Positions 26,594 through 35,502 are shown, counted from the first letter of the stretch. The stretch: 64,000 bases of DNA from an uncultured Flavobacteriaceae bacterium (GCA_943789295.1 CALSTO010000004.1:2224-66223), one strand, 5' to 3'. Numbers and translations: made by a program. Notes: generated from the letters alone by a model not told the origin.

Positions 26594-28339
26594 TTAATTT
26601 ATTTTGTGTATATATGAGTTTAAATTTTCATTCTTATCAAGCTTAAGTAGTTTTGATAATCTATATCTCTGAGTTTCAACTGTTCGAATTGATATGCCAC
26701 ATATTTTAGCAATCTCGTTATTACTTTGATTCATTCTAATATAAGCTGCCAATCTTAAGTAAGTTTGAGATAGATTGTGTTTATCATTTAAAATTTTATA
26801 AAATTTAGGGTAAACATTAGTGAATATTTTGTCAAATTCTTCGTAGGATTTTTCAGAGTTTATAAGCTCTGAAACTTCTTTTTTAACCCTTCTAAATGAT
26901 TGTTCGTTTACCTCGCTTTTGTTCAGTTTTAATATTATATTTTTTAAATATTCATTTCTTTGAAGAATGAAATTAGCTTTACTTACTAACTCTCTATTTT
27001 TTGATTCTAGTTTGAGCGAGACTTTATTTTTTTCAAGTTCAAGTCTAGAATTTCTTTCTCTTTGAAATTTAAATCTAGAAAAAAAAGCAATTATAATTAA
27101 TATAAAGCTTAGTAACCCTATGTATGTTGTATAGGTTAATCTAGTTTTTTCTAATTTATTCTTATTTATTTCTTTTTCTTTTTCATACAAAACAAGTCTA
27201 TTTTCAATAATATTAAAATCTAAATTGTCTTGTCTTTGATAGGTTTTTATAATTGAATCTTTAATTTTTATTACTTCTGTTTCTTTACCTTGAATATTAT
27301 AAATTTTAGATAAGAAAAGTAGTTTTTCAAGTCTTCTTTTATCAGAATTAAAGTTTATAGGTTTAGGTTCTGAAATCAAATTATCAGAACTTAAAGATTC
27401 TAAAAGTGCATTTTCTGCTTTATTGTAAGATTGTAATTCATAGTAGCATTTAGCAATCTCTAAATTTACATCAGGGTAAACTGTAGTATTATGATTTTGA
27501 GCTTCAATAATTTTTTTTGATTCATTAAGACTAATTAACGCTTGTTTGATTTTTTTTAACTTTAACAAGTTAGATCCGTAAACTGATAGTACATATGAGT
27601 ACCATATTTTAATTTCCTCAAGACTATCTCCTTTTTTAACGTCTATTGATTCTTTATATAATATAGTTGCTAATTCATACAAATCATCTCCTTTTTCAGT
27701 CATGTTATACTTGTAATAAAACTGCATAATTTCCATATATTGATAAATAACAGTAGCCTCATAACCAGCTTTTTTTCTTAATTCTATTACATCTTTATAT
27801 TGTGATTCAGCTTTCTGAAAATCTCCTAAAGTTGAATAAATTAAGGCTATATTGGTTTTACTAGTGCTTAATCCATTAATTTTATATGATATAAACTCGT
27901 CTTCAATGAGGTTGAAATTATCTATGGCTTCTAGATATTTTTCTTCTGCAATTTCGAATCTTTCTATTTTATAATATAGGTTTCCTAAAGCAACTAGTAT
28001 CCAAGGTGGTTCATTTACATATTTATGACGTCTATCCTTTACGGGCAAAAGATTATGCAGGTTTAATGCAGTTAAATAGTATTCAATTGATTTTGCGTAA
28101 TTATTTTGATAAAAAAGAATTTCTCCTAATCCTGCGTTAATATCAAATATATTTATTGAAATTTCCTCCGGATCATTTATTTCTAAAGCTCGAAGACCAT
28201 AATTAAGAGCTTTTTTATAATCTATAAACTTATATTTATTAAGCGAATCTAAAAGAACAGAGGTTTCTTCGTTTAAAGTTTGACTATTGCCAAAAAACGA
28301 TATCAAAATGAGTAATAATAATGTTATAAATTTTTTCAT
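26594..28339 (-). CDS. TPR-repeat / single-TM / LuxR-type HTH one-component regulator
   Basis: 581 aa. Signal peptide, about 380 aa of TPR-like helices, TM segment YIGLLSFILIIIAFF, coiled coil, and C-terminal LuxR HTH (SNNEIAKICGISIRTVETQRYRLSKLLKL). Divergent from susC copy A. Confidence 0.8.
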   Translation of the reverse strand: MKKFITLLLLILISFFGNSQTLNEETSVLLDSLNKYKFIDYKKALNYGLRALEINDPEEISINIFDINAGLGEILFYQNNYAKSIEYYLTALNLHNLLPVKDRRHKYVNEPPWILVALGNLYYKIERFEIAEEKYLEAIDNFNLIEDEFISYKINGLSTSKTNIALIYSTLGDFQKAESQYKDVIELRKKAGYEATVIYQYMEIMQFYYKYNMTEKGDDLYELATILYKESIDVKKGDSLEEIKIWYSYVLSVYGSNLLKLKKIKQALISLNESKKIIEAQNHNTTVYPDVNLEIAKCYYELQSYNKAENALLESLSSDNLISEPKPINFNSDKRRLEKLLFLSKIYNIQGKETEVIKIKDSIIKTYQRQDNLDFNIIENRLVLYEKEKEINKNKLEKTRLTYTTYIGLLSFILIIIAFFSRFKFQRERNSRLELEKNKVSLKLESKNRELVSKANFILQRNEYLKNIILKLNKSEVNEQSFRRVKKEVSELINSEKSYEEFDKIFTNVYPKFYKILNDKHNLSQTYLRLAAYIRMNQSNNEIAKICGISIRTVETQRYRLSKLLKLDKNENLNSYIHKIN

Positions 28340-28384
28340 TATTTAAATATATCAATTGTTTGGTTATACACCTCTGTAATTGTC

Positions 28385-28405
28385 TATGTAGTATTAATGT
28401 AGTAT
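28385..28405. promoter_or_regulatory. tandem direct repeat ATGTAGTAT x2, 11-bp phase (candidate operator)
   Basis: ATGTAGTAT at 28386-28394 and again at 28397-28405. Lies 47-66 bp upstream of the regulator ATG, inside the regulator/susC divergent region. Confidence 0.3.
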
Positions 28406-28511
28406 GGGTTTATTTATTGCATATTTTTCTTAATATCACTTTTTTTACTCTGTTGTTTTTTAAAAATTGACACATATGGTTTAAGATATTTAATGTTATC
28501 CATTAATACGG

Positions 28512-28531
28512 TTGTAGTATTTATGTAAGCA
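28512..28531. promoter_or_regulatory. degenerate second copy of the phased repeat (TTGTAGTAT / ATGTAAGCA)
   Basis: TTGTAGTAT at 28512-28520 and ATGTAAGCA at 28523-28531, again in 11-bp phase, just upstream of the candidate -7 box. Confidence 0.25.
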
Positions 28532-28561
28532 TAATTATTATAGAAAAGATATATACGAAGT

Positions 28562-28569
28562 TAAATTTG
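28562..28569 (+). promoter_or_regulatory. candidate Bacteroidota sigma-A -7 box (TAnnTTTG)
   Basis: TAAATTTG lies 34 nt upstream of the susC copy A ATG. No clear -33 TTTG was seen. Confidence 0.3.
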
Positions 28570-28602
28570 TGTTAATTAATTAAACAAATCAAAATATTAA
28601 CT

Positions 28603-31600
28603 ATGAAAACAAAATTATTTAATTTTCTGTCTTCTTTTTTATTGTTGTTTGTATTCGGATTTTCAGTACAAGCTCAATCAATTAGCGGAACAGTAACTGA
28701 TGAAAATGGTGTGCCACTTCCTGGTGCTACTGTTTTAGTCGAAGGAACTTCAAATGGAGTTTCAACTGATTTTGATGGTAATTATTCTATTAGCGCTTCA
28801 AGCGGGGATACCCTTGTTTTTAGCTTTGTTGGGTATTCTAATCAATCAGTAGTTGTCGGATCTTCTGCAACAGTTAATGTTTCTTTACAACCAGATAATG
28901 CTTTATCTGAAGTAGTTGTAACTGCACTTGGTGTAAAAAGAAATGTTAAAGCCGTTGGGTATTCAATTACTCAAGTAGATGGTGAAGAACTTAGTGATAA
29001 CAAAACTACAAATGCAATTAACGCTTTACAAGGAAAGGTTGCCGGAGTAGTGGTAAATGGTTCTGCGATGGGAGCTAAAGGTTCAAGTAGAGTTGTTATT
29101 CGTGGTGCGAGTTCTTTAAACGGAAACAACCAACCTCTTTATGTTATTGACGGAATAACTATCAATAATGATAATTTAGGTGCTGCTGGTATGTGGGGTG
29201 GTACTGATTATGGAGATGGTGTTTCTAGTATTAATCCAGATGATATCGAATCTGTTTCTGTTCTTAAAGGTGGAGCTGCTGCTGCACTTTATGGATCTAG
29301 AGCTTCTAATGGTGTTATAATTATAAACACTAAAACTGGAGCTGGTGCTAAGGGTATTGGTGTAGAATATAACACAACTATGCAATTTGATGTTCTTAAT
29401 AACAGCCTAGTTGATGTTCAAACTATTTATGGTCAAGGTCGTGATGGTGTTCACTCTGTTGGTTTTGCAAACAGAACTTTTGATAGTTGGGGAGGAAAAC
29501 TTGACGGATCAATGAAAGAACAATTTGATGGTGTTTCTAGGCCATATACTTACACTGGAGACAATCAAGATAAATTTTATAGAGTAGGTGAAACTTACAC
29601 TAATACTATTGCTGTTTCAACTGCAAATGAAAATTCTAACACTCGTTTTTCTGCAACTAATTTGAACAATCAAGATGTTACTCCAAATTCTTCTTTAAAA
29701 AGAAACTCATTTTCGGTAAATAATTCTAATAAATTTGGAGATAAAATTTCTGTTGATGTTAACATGAAATATGTTTTAGAAGATCAGGTAGGAAATCCTA
29801 ATATGGCAGATGGACCTTCTAACTCAAACTGGCCTGCTCGTTACTTTGCAAATTCAATTGATATATTGAATACTAAAGGAGAAGGAGGAAATGGTACAAA
29901 TTTAGATGGACTTGAATTTGGTACATCTGAAAATATATACTTAACTAACCCATATTATTCTGCTTATGAATTTGATCGTCTTTCAAATAAAGAAAGATTC
30001 ATTGGTGCGATTAATGCTAGATATGATGTAACAGATTACCTTTATTTAAGAGGTAGAATTGGTGGGGATAGATATACTTTAAGAAAAACAAATCATACAC
30101 CTTACGGAACTAGATTTCAACCAATGGGTTCTATTCAAGAAGAATCAAGAAATTTCAAACAATACGATGCTGATGCATTTATTGGTACAGATAATTTACA
30201 AATCGTTGATGATTTAACTGTAAATGCGTTCGTTGGTGTAGGAACTAACTATCAAAACATGGAAATGGTTTCAGCATCTGGTGGTGATTTTATTGTTCCT
30301 TTTTTAGTTAACGTTAAAAACACAAAAAATCAATCAACTGGATACAACTTTTGGGAAAAGAAAATTGAGTCATTATATGGATCCGCAGAATTTGGATTCC
30401 AGGACTGGGCTTTCTTAACAGTAACTGCTAGAAACGACTGGTTCTCAACTTTATCTTTAAAAGATAAAGAATCACCAAACAATGACTTGTATACTTCTGC
30501 GTCTCTTTCATTAGTATTATCTGATGTTATGGATCTTGGAGATACTGTTTCTTTCCTTAAATTAAGAGGAGGTTATTCTCAGGTAGCAGGTGGTGCTGAT
30601 AATCCATATGCTTTAAGTTTATCTTACGGAATAGTCGGCCAAGGTCACTTAGGTGCTTCTCTTGGACAAATTACAGGATCAACTATTCCAAACTCTGAAA
30701 TTACTCCTTTTGAGAAAAATGAAACTGAATTTGGTGTAGACATAAGAATGTTTGACAACAAACTATCTATTGATGCAACTTACTATGACAATGAAACTTT
30801 AGGAGATATTGTTGGAGTTAGTGCATCACAAACTTCAGGTTATGGTGCAGCTCTTGCAAATCTTGGTAATATTTCAAATAAGGGTATTGAATTACTTATT
30901 AAAGGTGAGATAATGAGAACTGATGATTTCGCTTGGAACGCATCAATTAACTACTCTAAAAACACAAGTGAAGTTGTTGCAACTAACGATGCTGGTGGAA
31001 ACATTGCCATTGGTAACCCAAGAGATTTGGAAACAGGAATTAACGTAACTCACATTGTTGGAGAACAGTGGGGTGCATTATATGGTAATTCTTACGAAAG
31101 AGATTCTCAAGGTAGAATTGTACACATTATGCAAGGAGGCACTCCTGTTCCAAAAATTGGAGGTAAAAAAATCTTAGGATTCGGTGTTGCTCCAGAATCT
31201 ATTGGAATTGGATCTACGTTTAGATACAAAGATTTCAACGCTTCAATTTTAGTTGAAGGAAAAATGGGTGGTTCTTATTACTCTGGAACGAACAACTGGT
31301 ATAAAGTTTATGGGTTGCATAAAGATACTGTTCCTGCTGGAGGTCGTGAGGCTGGATTTACACCTGATGGTGTGATGGAAGACGGAACTGTTATTACAAC
31401 TTCTATTCCTCATAGTAAAATTGAAGACTATTGGTCGCAAACTCTTAGCATTGGTGAAGAAAACATTTACTCTTCAGATTACATGAGACTTCGTCAGTTA
31501 AGTATTGGATATAATGTACCATCAAGTATGTTAGAAGGATCATTTATTTCAGATGCTAATGTATCGCTTATTGGAAGAAATTTATTTCTTTTAAGTAATA

Positions 31601-31716
31601 GCTCTGAGAATATTGACCCTGAATCATCCTATTCTGCAGGTAATGCAGTTGGTTTAGAAAGAGCAGGGATGCCTGTACCTAGAACAATAGGTCTAAACAT
31701 AAACCTTAAATTTTAA
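28603..31716 (+). CDS. susC: SusC/RagA-family TonB-dependent outer-membrane transporter (copy A)
   Basis: 1037 aa. Signal peptide, CarboxypepD_reg domain (ISGTVTDENGVPLPGATVLVEG), TonB box/plug (EVVVTALG..., SRVVIRG), C-terminal ...GLNINLKF. No STN domain. Confidence 0.95.
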   Translation: MKTKLFNFLSSFLLLFVFGFSVQAQSISGTVTDENGVPLPGATVLVEGTSNGVSTDFDGNYSISASSGDTLVFSFVGYSNQSVVVGSSATVNVSLQPDNALSEVVVTALGVKRNVKAVGYSITQVDGEELSDNKTTNAINALQGKVAGVVVNGSAMGAKGSSRVVIRGASSLNGNNQPLYVIDGITINNDNLGAAGMWGGTDYGDGVSSINPDDIESVSVLKGGAAAALYGSRASNGVIIINTKTGAGAKGIGVEYNTTMQFDVLNNSLVDVQTIYGQGRDGVHSVGFANRTFDSWGGKLDGSMKEQFDGVSRPYTYTGDNQDKFYRVGETYTNTIAVSTANENSNTRFSATNLNNQDVTPNSSLKRNSFSVNNSNKFGDKISVDVNMKYVLEDQVGNPNMADGPSNSNWPARYFANSIDILNTKGEGGNGTNLDGLEFGTSENIYLTNPYYSAYEFDRLSNKERFIGAINARYDVTDYLYLRGRIGGDRYTLRKTNHTPYGTRFQPMGSIQEESRNFKQYDADAFIGTDNLQIVDDLTVNAFVGVGTNYQNMEMVSASGGDFIVPFLVNVKNTKNQSTGYNFWEKKIESLYGSAEFGFQDWAFLTVTARNDWFSTLSLKDKESPNNDLYTSASLSLVLSDVMDLGDTVSFLKLRGGYSQVAGGADNPYALSLSYGIVGQGHLGASLGQITGSTIPNSEITPFEKNETEFGVDIRMFDNKLSIDATYYDNETLGDIVGVSASQTSGYGAALANLGNISNKGIELLIKGEIMRTDDFAWNASINYSKNTSEVVATNDAGGNIAIGNPRDLETGINVTHIVGEQWGALYGNSYERDSQGRIVHIMQGGTPVPKIGGKKILGFGVAPESIGIGSTFRYKDFNASILVEGKMGGSYYSGTNNWYKVYGLHKDTVPAGGREAGFTPDGVMEDGTVITTSIPHSKIEDYWSQTLSIGEENIYSSDYMRLRQLSIGYNVPSSMLEGSFISDANVSLIGRNLFLLSNSSENIDPESSYSAGNAVGLERAGMPVPRTIGLNINLKF

Positions 31717-31728
31717 ACTTATATAATT

Positions 31729-33201
31729 ATGAAAAAAATACTATTAACATTTTTTGCTTTAAGTTTAGTTCTTTCCTCTTGTGAATTCGGTGAAGGTTTC
31801 GAGGAAATGAATGTAGACCCAAATAAAGCATCTCAGCTGGATGTATCAAACAAATTTGCAAATGCTGTATTAAACACATCAGGAAGTAGATATGAAAACT
31901 GGAGAGCCAGTTTAATTTATCAATCAACTATGATTCAACATTTATCTTCTACGGCTAGTTACTGGTCGGGAGATAAATATTTTAGAAGCGATCAATATGC
32001 AAATGCACTTTGGGATCGTTATTACCCAACTAACATAAAACAAATTGAGGATATTAAAGCTCAATTAATATCAGAGGGAAATAGTGGTTCTGAAATGGGA
32101 ATGACTCGTATATTAAGAGTATTTGCTTTTACAAGACTTACTGATATATATGGAGATATTCCTTACAGTGAAGCTGGTCAAGGGTATACTAACGGTATAT
32201 TAAAGCCTAAGTACGATGCTCAACAAGATATCTATATGGATATGCTTAAAGAGCTAGAAGAGGCTGTTGCTCAAATTGGAGCTAGTACTACTATGGGTAG
32301 TTCTGATCTGATTTTTCAGGGAAACACTACTAAGTGGAAAGCTTGGGGTAACTCAATGATGCTAAGACTTGCCATGAGATTAACTAAAGCGGATTCAGCT
32401 ACAGCGAAAGCATGGGCTGAAAAAGCTGTTGCTGCTGGGACTATGACATCTAACGATCACATAGCAATGGTTCAACATACTGATGGACCTGCTTCAATTA
32501 ATAAAAATGGACATGGTGAAGTATGGCAAGCAGATGGTAACGCTAGAATGAGTAAAACTTTTATGGACTGGATGAAAGATGATCCAAGATTAACTGTTTT
32601 AGCTCAAAGAACATCTGACGGAAGTAATGCTGTTGCAGATTTAATTGGTATGCCAAATGGTAGTGACGGAAATTCTGTTCCTGACTCTTCAATCTATGCT
32701 TCATTACATGATAATTTAAAAGGTACGGATGTTCCTATGGTATTTCATTCTTATGCTGAAGTAAGATTTTTAAAAGCTGAGATGGCATTTAGAGGTTGGT
32801 CAGTTCCTGGTGATGCAAAAACTCATTACGAGGCTGGAGTAAAGGCAGCTATGCAGATGCTAGGTACTATTTACCCAAAAACTACACCTATTACTGATGC
32901 TCAAGTTGCTGATTACTTAGCTGCTAAGCCTTACGACGCGTCTAAAGGATGGGAAATGATCAGTGAACAATATTGGGCAGCTACTCTTTTAAATGAGTAC
33001 GAAAGCTATAACAACTGGAGAAGAACTGGATACCCTACATTAACACCTATTAATTATGATGGTAATGTAACAGGAGGAACTATTCCAAGACGACTTATAT
33101 ACCCAGTATCTGAACAAGCCACAAACGGTGAGAATTATGGTGCAGCTGTTGCAAGACAAGGTGCCGATAATTTTACAACTAGAATATGGTGGGATAAATA
33201 A
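31729..33201 (+). CDS. susD: SusD/RagB-family nutrient-binding lipoprotein (copy A)
   Basis: 490 aa. Lipobox LSSC. Starts 12 nt after susC. C-terminal NWRRTGYP...IWWDK is typical of SusD-like proteins. Confidence 0.9.
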   Translation: MKKILLTFFALSLVLSSCEFGEGFEEMNVDPNKASQLDVSNKFANAVLNTSGSRYENWRASLIYQSTMIQHLSSTASYWSGDKYFRSDQYANALWDRYYPTNIKQIEDIKAQLISEGNSGSEMGMTRILRVFAFTRLTDIYGDIPYSEAGQGYTNGILKPKYDAQQDIYMDMLKELEEAVAQIGASTTMGSSDLIFQGNTTKWKAWGNSMMLRLAMRLTKADSATAKAWAEKAVAAGTMTSNDHIAMVQHTDGPASINKNGHGEVWQADGNARMSKTFMDWMKDDPRLTVLAQRTSDGSNAVADLIGMPNGSDGNSVPDSSIYASLHDNLKGTDVPMVFHSYAEVRFLKAEMAFRGWSVPGDAKTHYEAGVKAAMQMLGTIYPKTTPITDAQVADYLAAKPYDASKGWEMISEQYWAATLLNEYESYNNWRRTGYPTLTPINYDGNVTGGTIPRRLIYPVSEQATNGENYGAAVARQGADNFTTRIWWDK

Positions 33202-33287
33202 TAATTATAATATAAAATTGATAATTGTTTTCATAGAAATGTTTGTTTAAATCACTTTTGTTTTTAACTAATAATTACAATTTTATA

Positions 33288-33323
33288 AAGAGACTTGCCT
33301 TTAAAAGCAAGTCTCTTTTTTTT
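33288..33323 (+). terminator. rho-independent terminator after susD copy A
   Basis: AAAGAGACTTGC-loop-GCAAGTCTCTTT stem followed by a T-run. Confidence 0.6.
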
Positions 33324-33347
33324 AACAGATCTATATATTGATAAAAA

Positions 33348-34055
33348 ATGAAAAAAATTTTACTGTTAGCTGTTATATTTTCTATATCAAATTGTACAAA
33401 TAAAATTTCCATTGATCATCTATACCCTAGTGAGGATTTAACAATCCAAAACCACGATGATTGGGGAGGAGAGTATTATAAAAAAATGATTAGAGAATTT
33501 AAAAGTAAACCCTTAAAGTTTAATGATATTGTCTTTTTAGGAAACAGTATAACTGAAGGTGGAAAAGATTGGAGTAAAAGATTAAATTATCCTAATATTA
33601 AAAATAGAGGAATTGGTGGGGATGTAACCGATGGTGTATTGGCAAGATTAGATGAAATAATTTACTTTAAGCCAAAAGCTGTCTTCTTATTAATTGGAAT
33701 AAATGATTTATGGAATAATAATAGCCCAGACAACCCCTCTGCAGAATATATAGCAAATAACATTATAAAAATTTCCCAAGTTATTAACGCGCAAACTCCA
33801 CAAACTAAAATTTATATTCAAACAGTTTTGCCAATTGAGAAGGAAAAGTTTAAGAATAACATCTTAAAAGTAAATGAAATAATAAAAGCCAACGAAAAAG
33901 ACAATCCATATCAAATCATTGATCTATATTCAATTTTTGTAAACGAAAATGGGCTAATTAAAAAAGACCTTTCAACTGATGGAATTCACCTTAACGAAAA
34001 AGGATACGACGCTTGGGTAGACTTTATTAAGCCAGTTGTTAGTTCAATAGATTAA
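33348..34055 (+). CDS. SGNH/GDSL esterase (acetylesterase-like) lipoprotein
   Basis: 235 aa. Block I FLGNSITEGG, block III GINDL, block V DGIHLNEKGY. Confidence 0.85.
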   Translation: MKKILLLAVIFSISNCTNKISIDHLYPSEDLTIQNHDDWGGEYYKKMIREFKSKPLKFNDIVFLGNSITEGGKDWSKRLNYPNIKNRGIGGDVTDGVLARLDEIIYFKPKAVFLLIGINDLWNNNSPDNPSAEYIANNIIKISQVINAQTPQTKIYIQTVLPIEKEKFKNNILKVNEIIKANEKDNPYQIIDLYSIFVNENGLIKKDLSTDGIHLNEKGYDAWVDFIKPVVSSID

Positions 34056-34066
34056 ACTTTACTGAT

Positions 34067-34759
34067 ATGAAAAAACTCCTTTTTCTAGTATTGTTTATTC
34101 CACTTGTATCTTGTTCACCTGATGAAGAAAAAGAATTCCCCTTTTATGTTGCAGAAAATGGATTAACAATAAAAGCTAGAGATTGGGTTGCTGTTGGAAC
34201 AACGGCTCCTATTAATGCACAGGGTGTCGCATATATAAAAAATCTTGTGGGTGCCCCTGAATGGGATAAAGTAAATTATACTGCTGTTGATTTAGCTTGG
34301 CTAAAGAATGTATTAAACACTTACTCAGACTTAAGTACACTAGTTACAACTAAAGTAGAAATCACAAATGAAGCTTCTGCAACAGGTCTTTTTTTAAGAA
34401 CTGAAATTAAAGGAATGGAAAATTGGGATGTTAGTAATTGGACTAGTATGTATGGGCTTTTTGATTCTGACAAGCCTGTTAAATCAGATTTAAGTTATTG
34501 GGATGTAAGTAATGTAGAAGATTTTAGGCTAGCAATGCAATTAGAAAATATAAATCCTAATATTAATAATTGGGATGTAAGTAAAGCAACAAATATGTCT
34601 GGGTTTTTTAGTACTAGTTCTGGAAACAAATACATTGAAGGAATAGATTTAAGTGGATGGGATGTTTCTAAAGTGACTAATTGCAATGATTTTTTTGGTA
34701 GTATAACTAATTGGCCAGAATCTAAAAAACCAAACTTTATAAACTGTAATCCAGATTAG
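34067..34759 (+). CDS. DUF285 / BspA-like repeat surface lipoprotein
   Basis: 230 aa. Lipobox LVSC. Four or more repeats of WDVS(N/K)xTxMxxxF (WDVSNWTSMYGLF, WDVSNVEDFRLAM, WDVSKATNMSGFF, WDVSKVTNCNDFF). Confidence 0.8.
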   Translation: MKKLLFLVLFIPLVSCSPDEEKEFPFYVAENGLTIKARDWVAVGTTAPINAQGVAYIKNLVGAPEWDKVNYTAVDLAWLKNVLNTYSDLSTLVTTKVEITNEASATGLFLRTEIKGMENWDVSNWTSMYGLFDSDKPVKSDLSYWDVSNVEDFRLAMQLENINPNINNWDVSKATNMSGFFSTSSGNKYIEGIDLSGWDVSKVTNCNDFFGSITNWPESKKPNFINCNPD

Positions 34760-34887
34760 GCATATCTTCTTCTTTTAATTCAGCAACTTCTAATCCACGT
34801 AAGTAGGTTAAACTAACATTTAAACTTGAATTTTAATCTAGTTTCATTCTAAAGTGTCTTAATATTATATTTGAATAAAACATAATT

Positions 34888-34974
34888 ATGTCTGATAAAC
34901 CTAAATGTGGATGCGGAAACACTCAAAACCCTGATGGATTTTGTGATGGTTCTCATAACAATCAAGTAGATTAA
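34888..34974 (+). CDS. possible 28-aa minimal CDGSH peptide (not in track)
   Basis: Own translation: MSDKPKCGCGNTQNPDGFCDGSHNNQVD. CxC...CDGSH ligands are present, but the spacer is one residue longer than the canonical motif. Confidence 0.4.
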   Translation: MSDKPKCGCGNTQNPDGFCDGSHNNQVD

Positions 34975-35004
34975 ACAAGATTTCTATTAACCTATATAAT
35001 GTAG

Positions 35005-35078
35005 TGGAGAAGATGGGATTCGAACCCACGACCTCTTGACTGCCAGTCAAGCGCTCTAGCCAACTGAGCTACATCCCC
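35005..35078 (-). tRNA. tRNA-Ala (anticodon GGC)
   Basis: Hand-folded cloverleaf: GGGGATG/TA/GCTC-AGTTGGCTA-GAGC/G/CTTGA-CTGGCAG-TCAAG/AGGTC/GTGGG-TTCGAAT-CCCAT/CTTCTCC/A. G3:U70 and A73 are alanine identity elements. CCA is not encoded. Confidence 0.9.
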
Positions 35079-35079
35079 A

Positions 35080-35130
35080 ACGACCTCTTGACTGCCAGTC
35101 AAGCGCTCTAGCCAACTGAGCTACATCCCC
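35080..35130 (-). pseudogene. truncated tandem copy of the 5' 50 nt of tRNA-Ala
   Basis: 35080-35130 is an exact copy of 35028-35078 (acceptor 5' strand through the variable loop). It lies immediately upstream of the intact tRNA in the transcription direction and lacks the T-arm and 3' acceptor strand. Confidence 0.8.
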
Positions 35131-35143
35131 CTTTATGAAGACG

Positions 35144-35485
35144 TTATACAATAGCCTGATCCCCTCTCACTTTTGTACTTAAACGTATTGCATCTTGAAC
35201 ATCATATATAAAAATCTTACCATCACCCACTTGTCCGTCTGAGCCAAATTCTAGTATAGTATCAACACACTTTTCTAAGTTCTCATCGCTAATTACACAA
35301 ATTATCATTGTTCTGTTTTGCAGCGCTAATGACTGTTCAGTTCCACGATACATTTTTGTATAACTTTTTTGTAATCCAGTTCCTGAGACGGGAATCACAG
35401 TTATACAAGGAATATCTACGTTTTTTAAACCCTTCTGTATAGCTTTCAATTTGGAAGGTCTAATTATTGCTTCAACTTTTTTCAT
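35144..35485 (-). CDS. glnK: P-II nitrogen regulatory protein
   Basis: 113 aa. MKKVEAIIRPSKL start, T-loop region GTGLQKSYTKMYRG, GDGKIFIYDV. Directly downstream of amt. Confidence 0.9.
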   Translation of the reverse strand: MKKVEAIIRPSKLKAIQKGLKNVDIPCITVIPVSGTGLQKSYTKMYRGTEQSLALQNRTMIICVISDENLEKCVDTILEFGSDGQVGDGKIFIYDVQDAIRLSTKVRGDQAIV

Positions 35486-35502
35486 AAATATTAATTTATT
35501 AA

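Larger units (their letters stand above)
28603..33201 (+). repeat. segmental duplication, copy A (susC-susD unit)
   Basis: Collinear with 52626..57218. Homology begins near the susC ATG and ends at the susD stop. Flanks are unrelated. Confidence 0.9.

Noticed and set aside
29176-31440. Antisense ORFs within susC copy A (29176..29385, 31249..31440), and the analogous ones in copy B (52994..53191, 53615..53893)
   Set aside because: These are shadow frames opposite long, well-supported TonB-dependent transporter genes.
31727-31927. 66-aa minus-strand ORF across the susC/susD junction
   Set aside because: It overlaps the susD lipoprotein signal and N-terminus on the opposite strand and shows no features of a real gene.
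35005-35130. tRNA duplication as an attL/attR pair of a prophage or ICE
   Set aside because: The copies are only 2 nt apart with nothing inserted. No integrase, excisionase or phage genes occur anywhere in the window. The 5' part of the tRNA is duplicated rather than the 3' part. It is reported as a tandem duplication instead.
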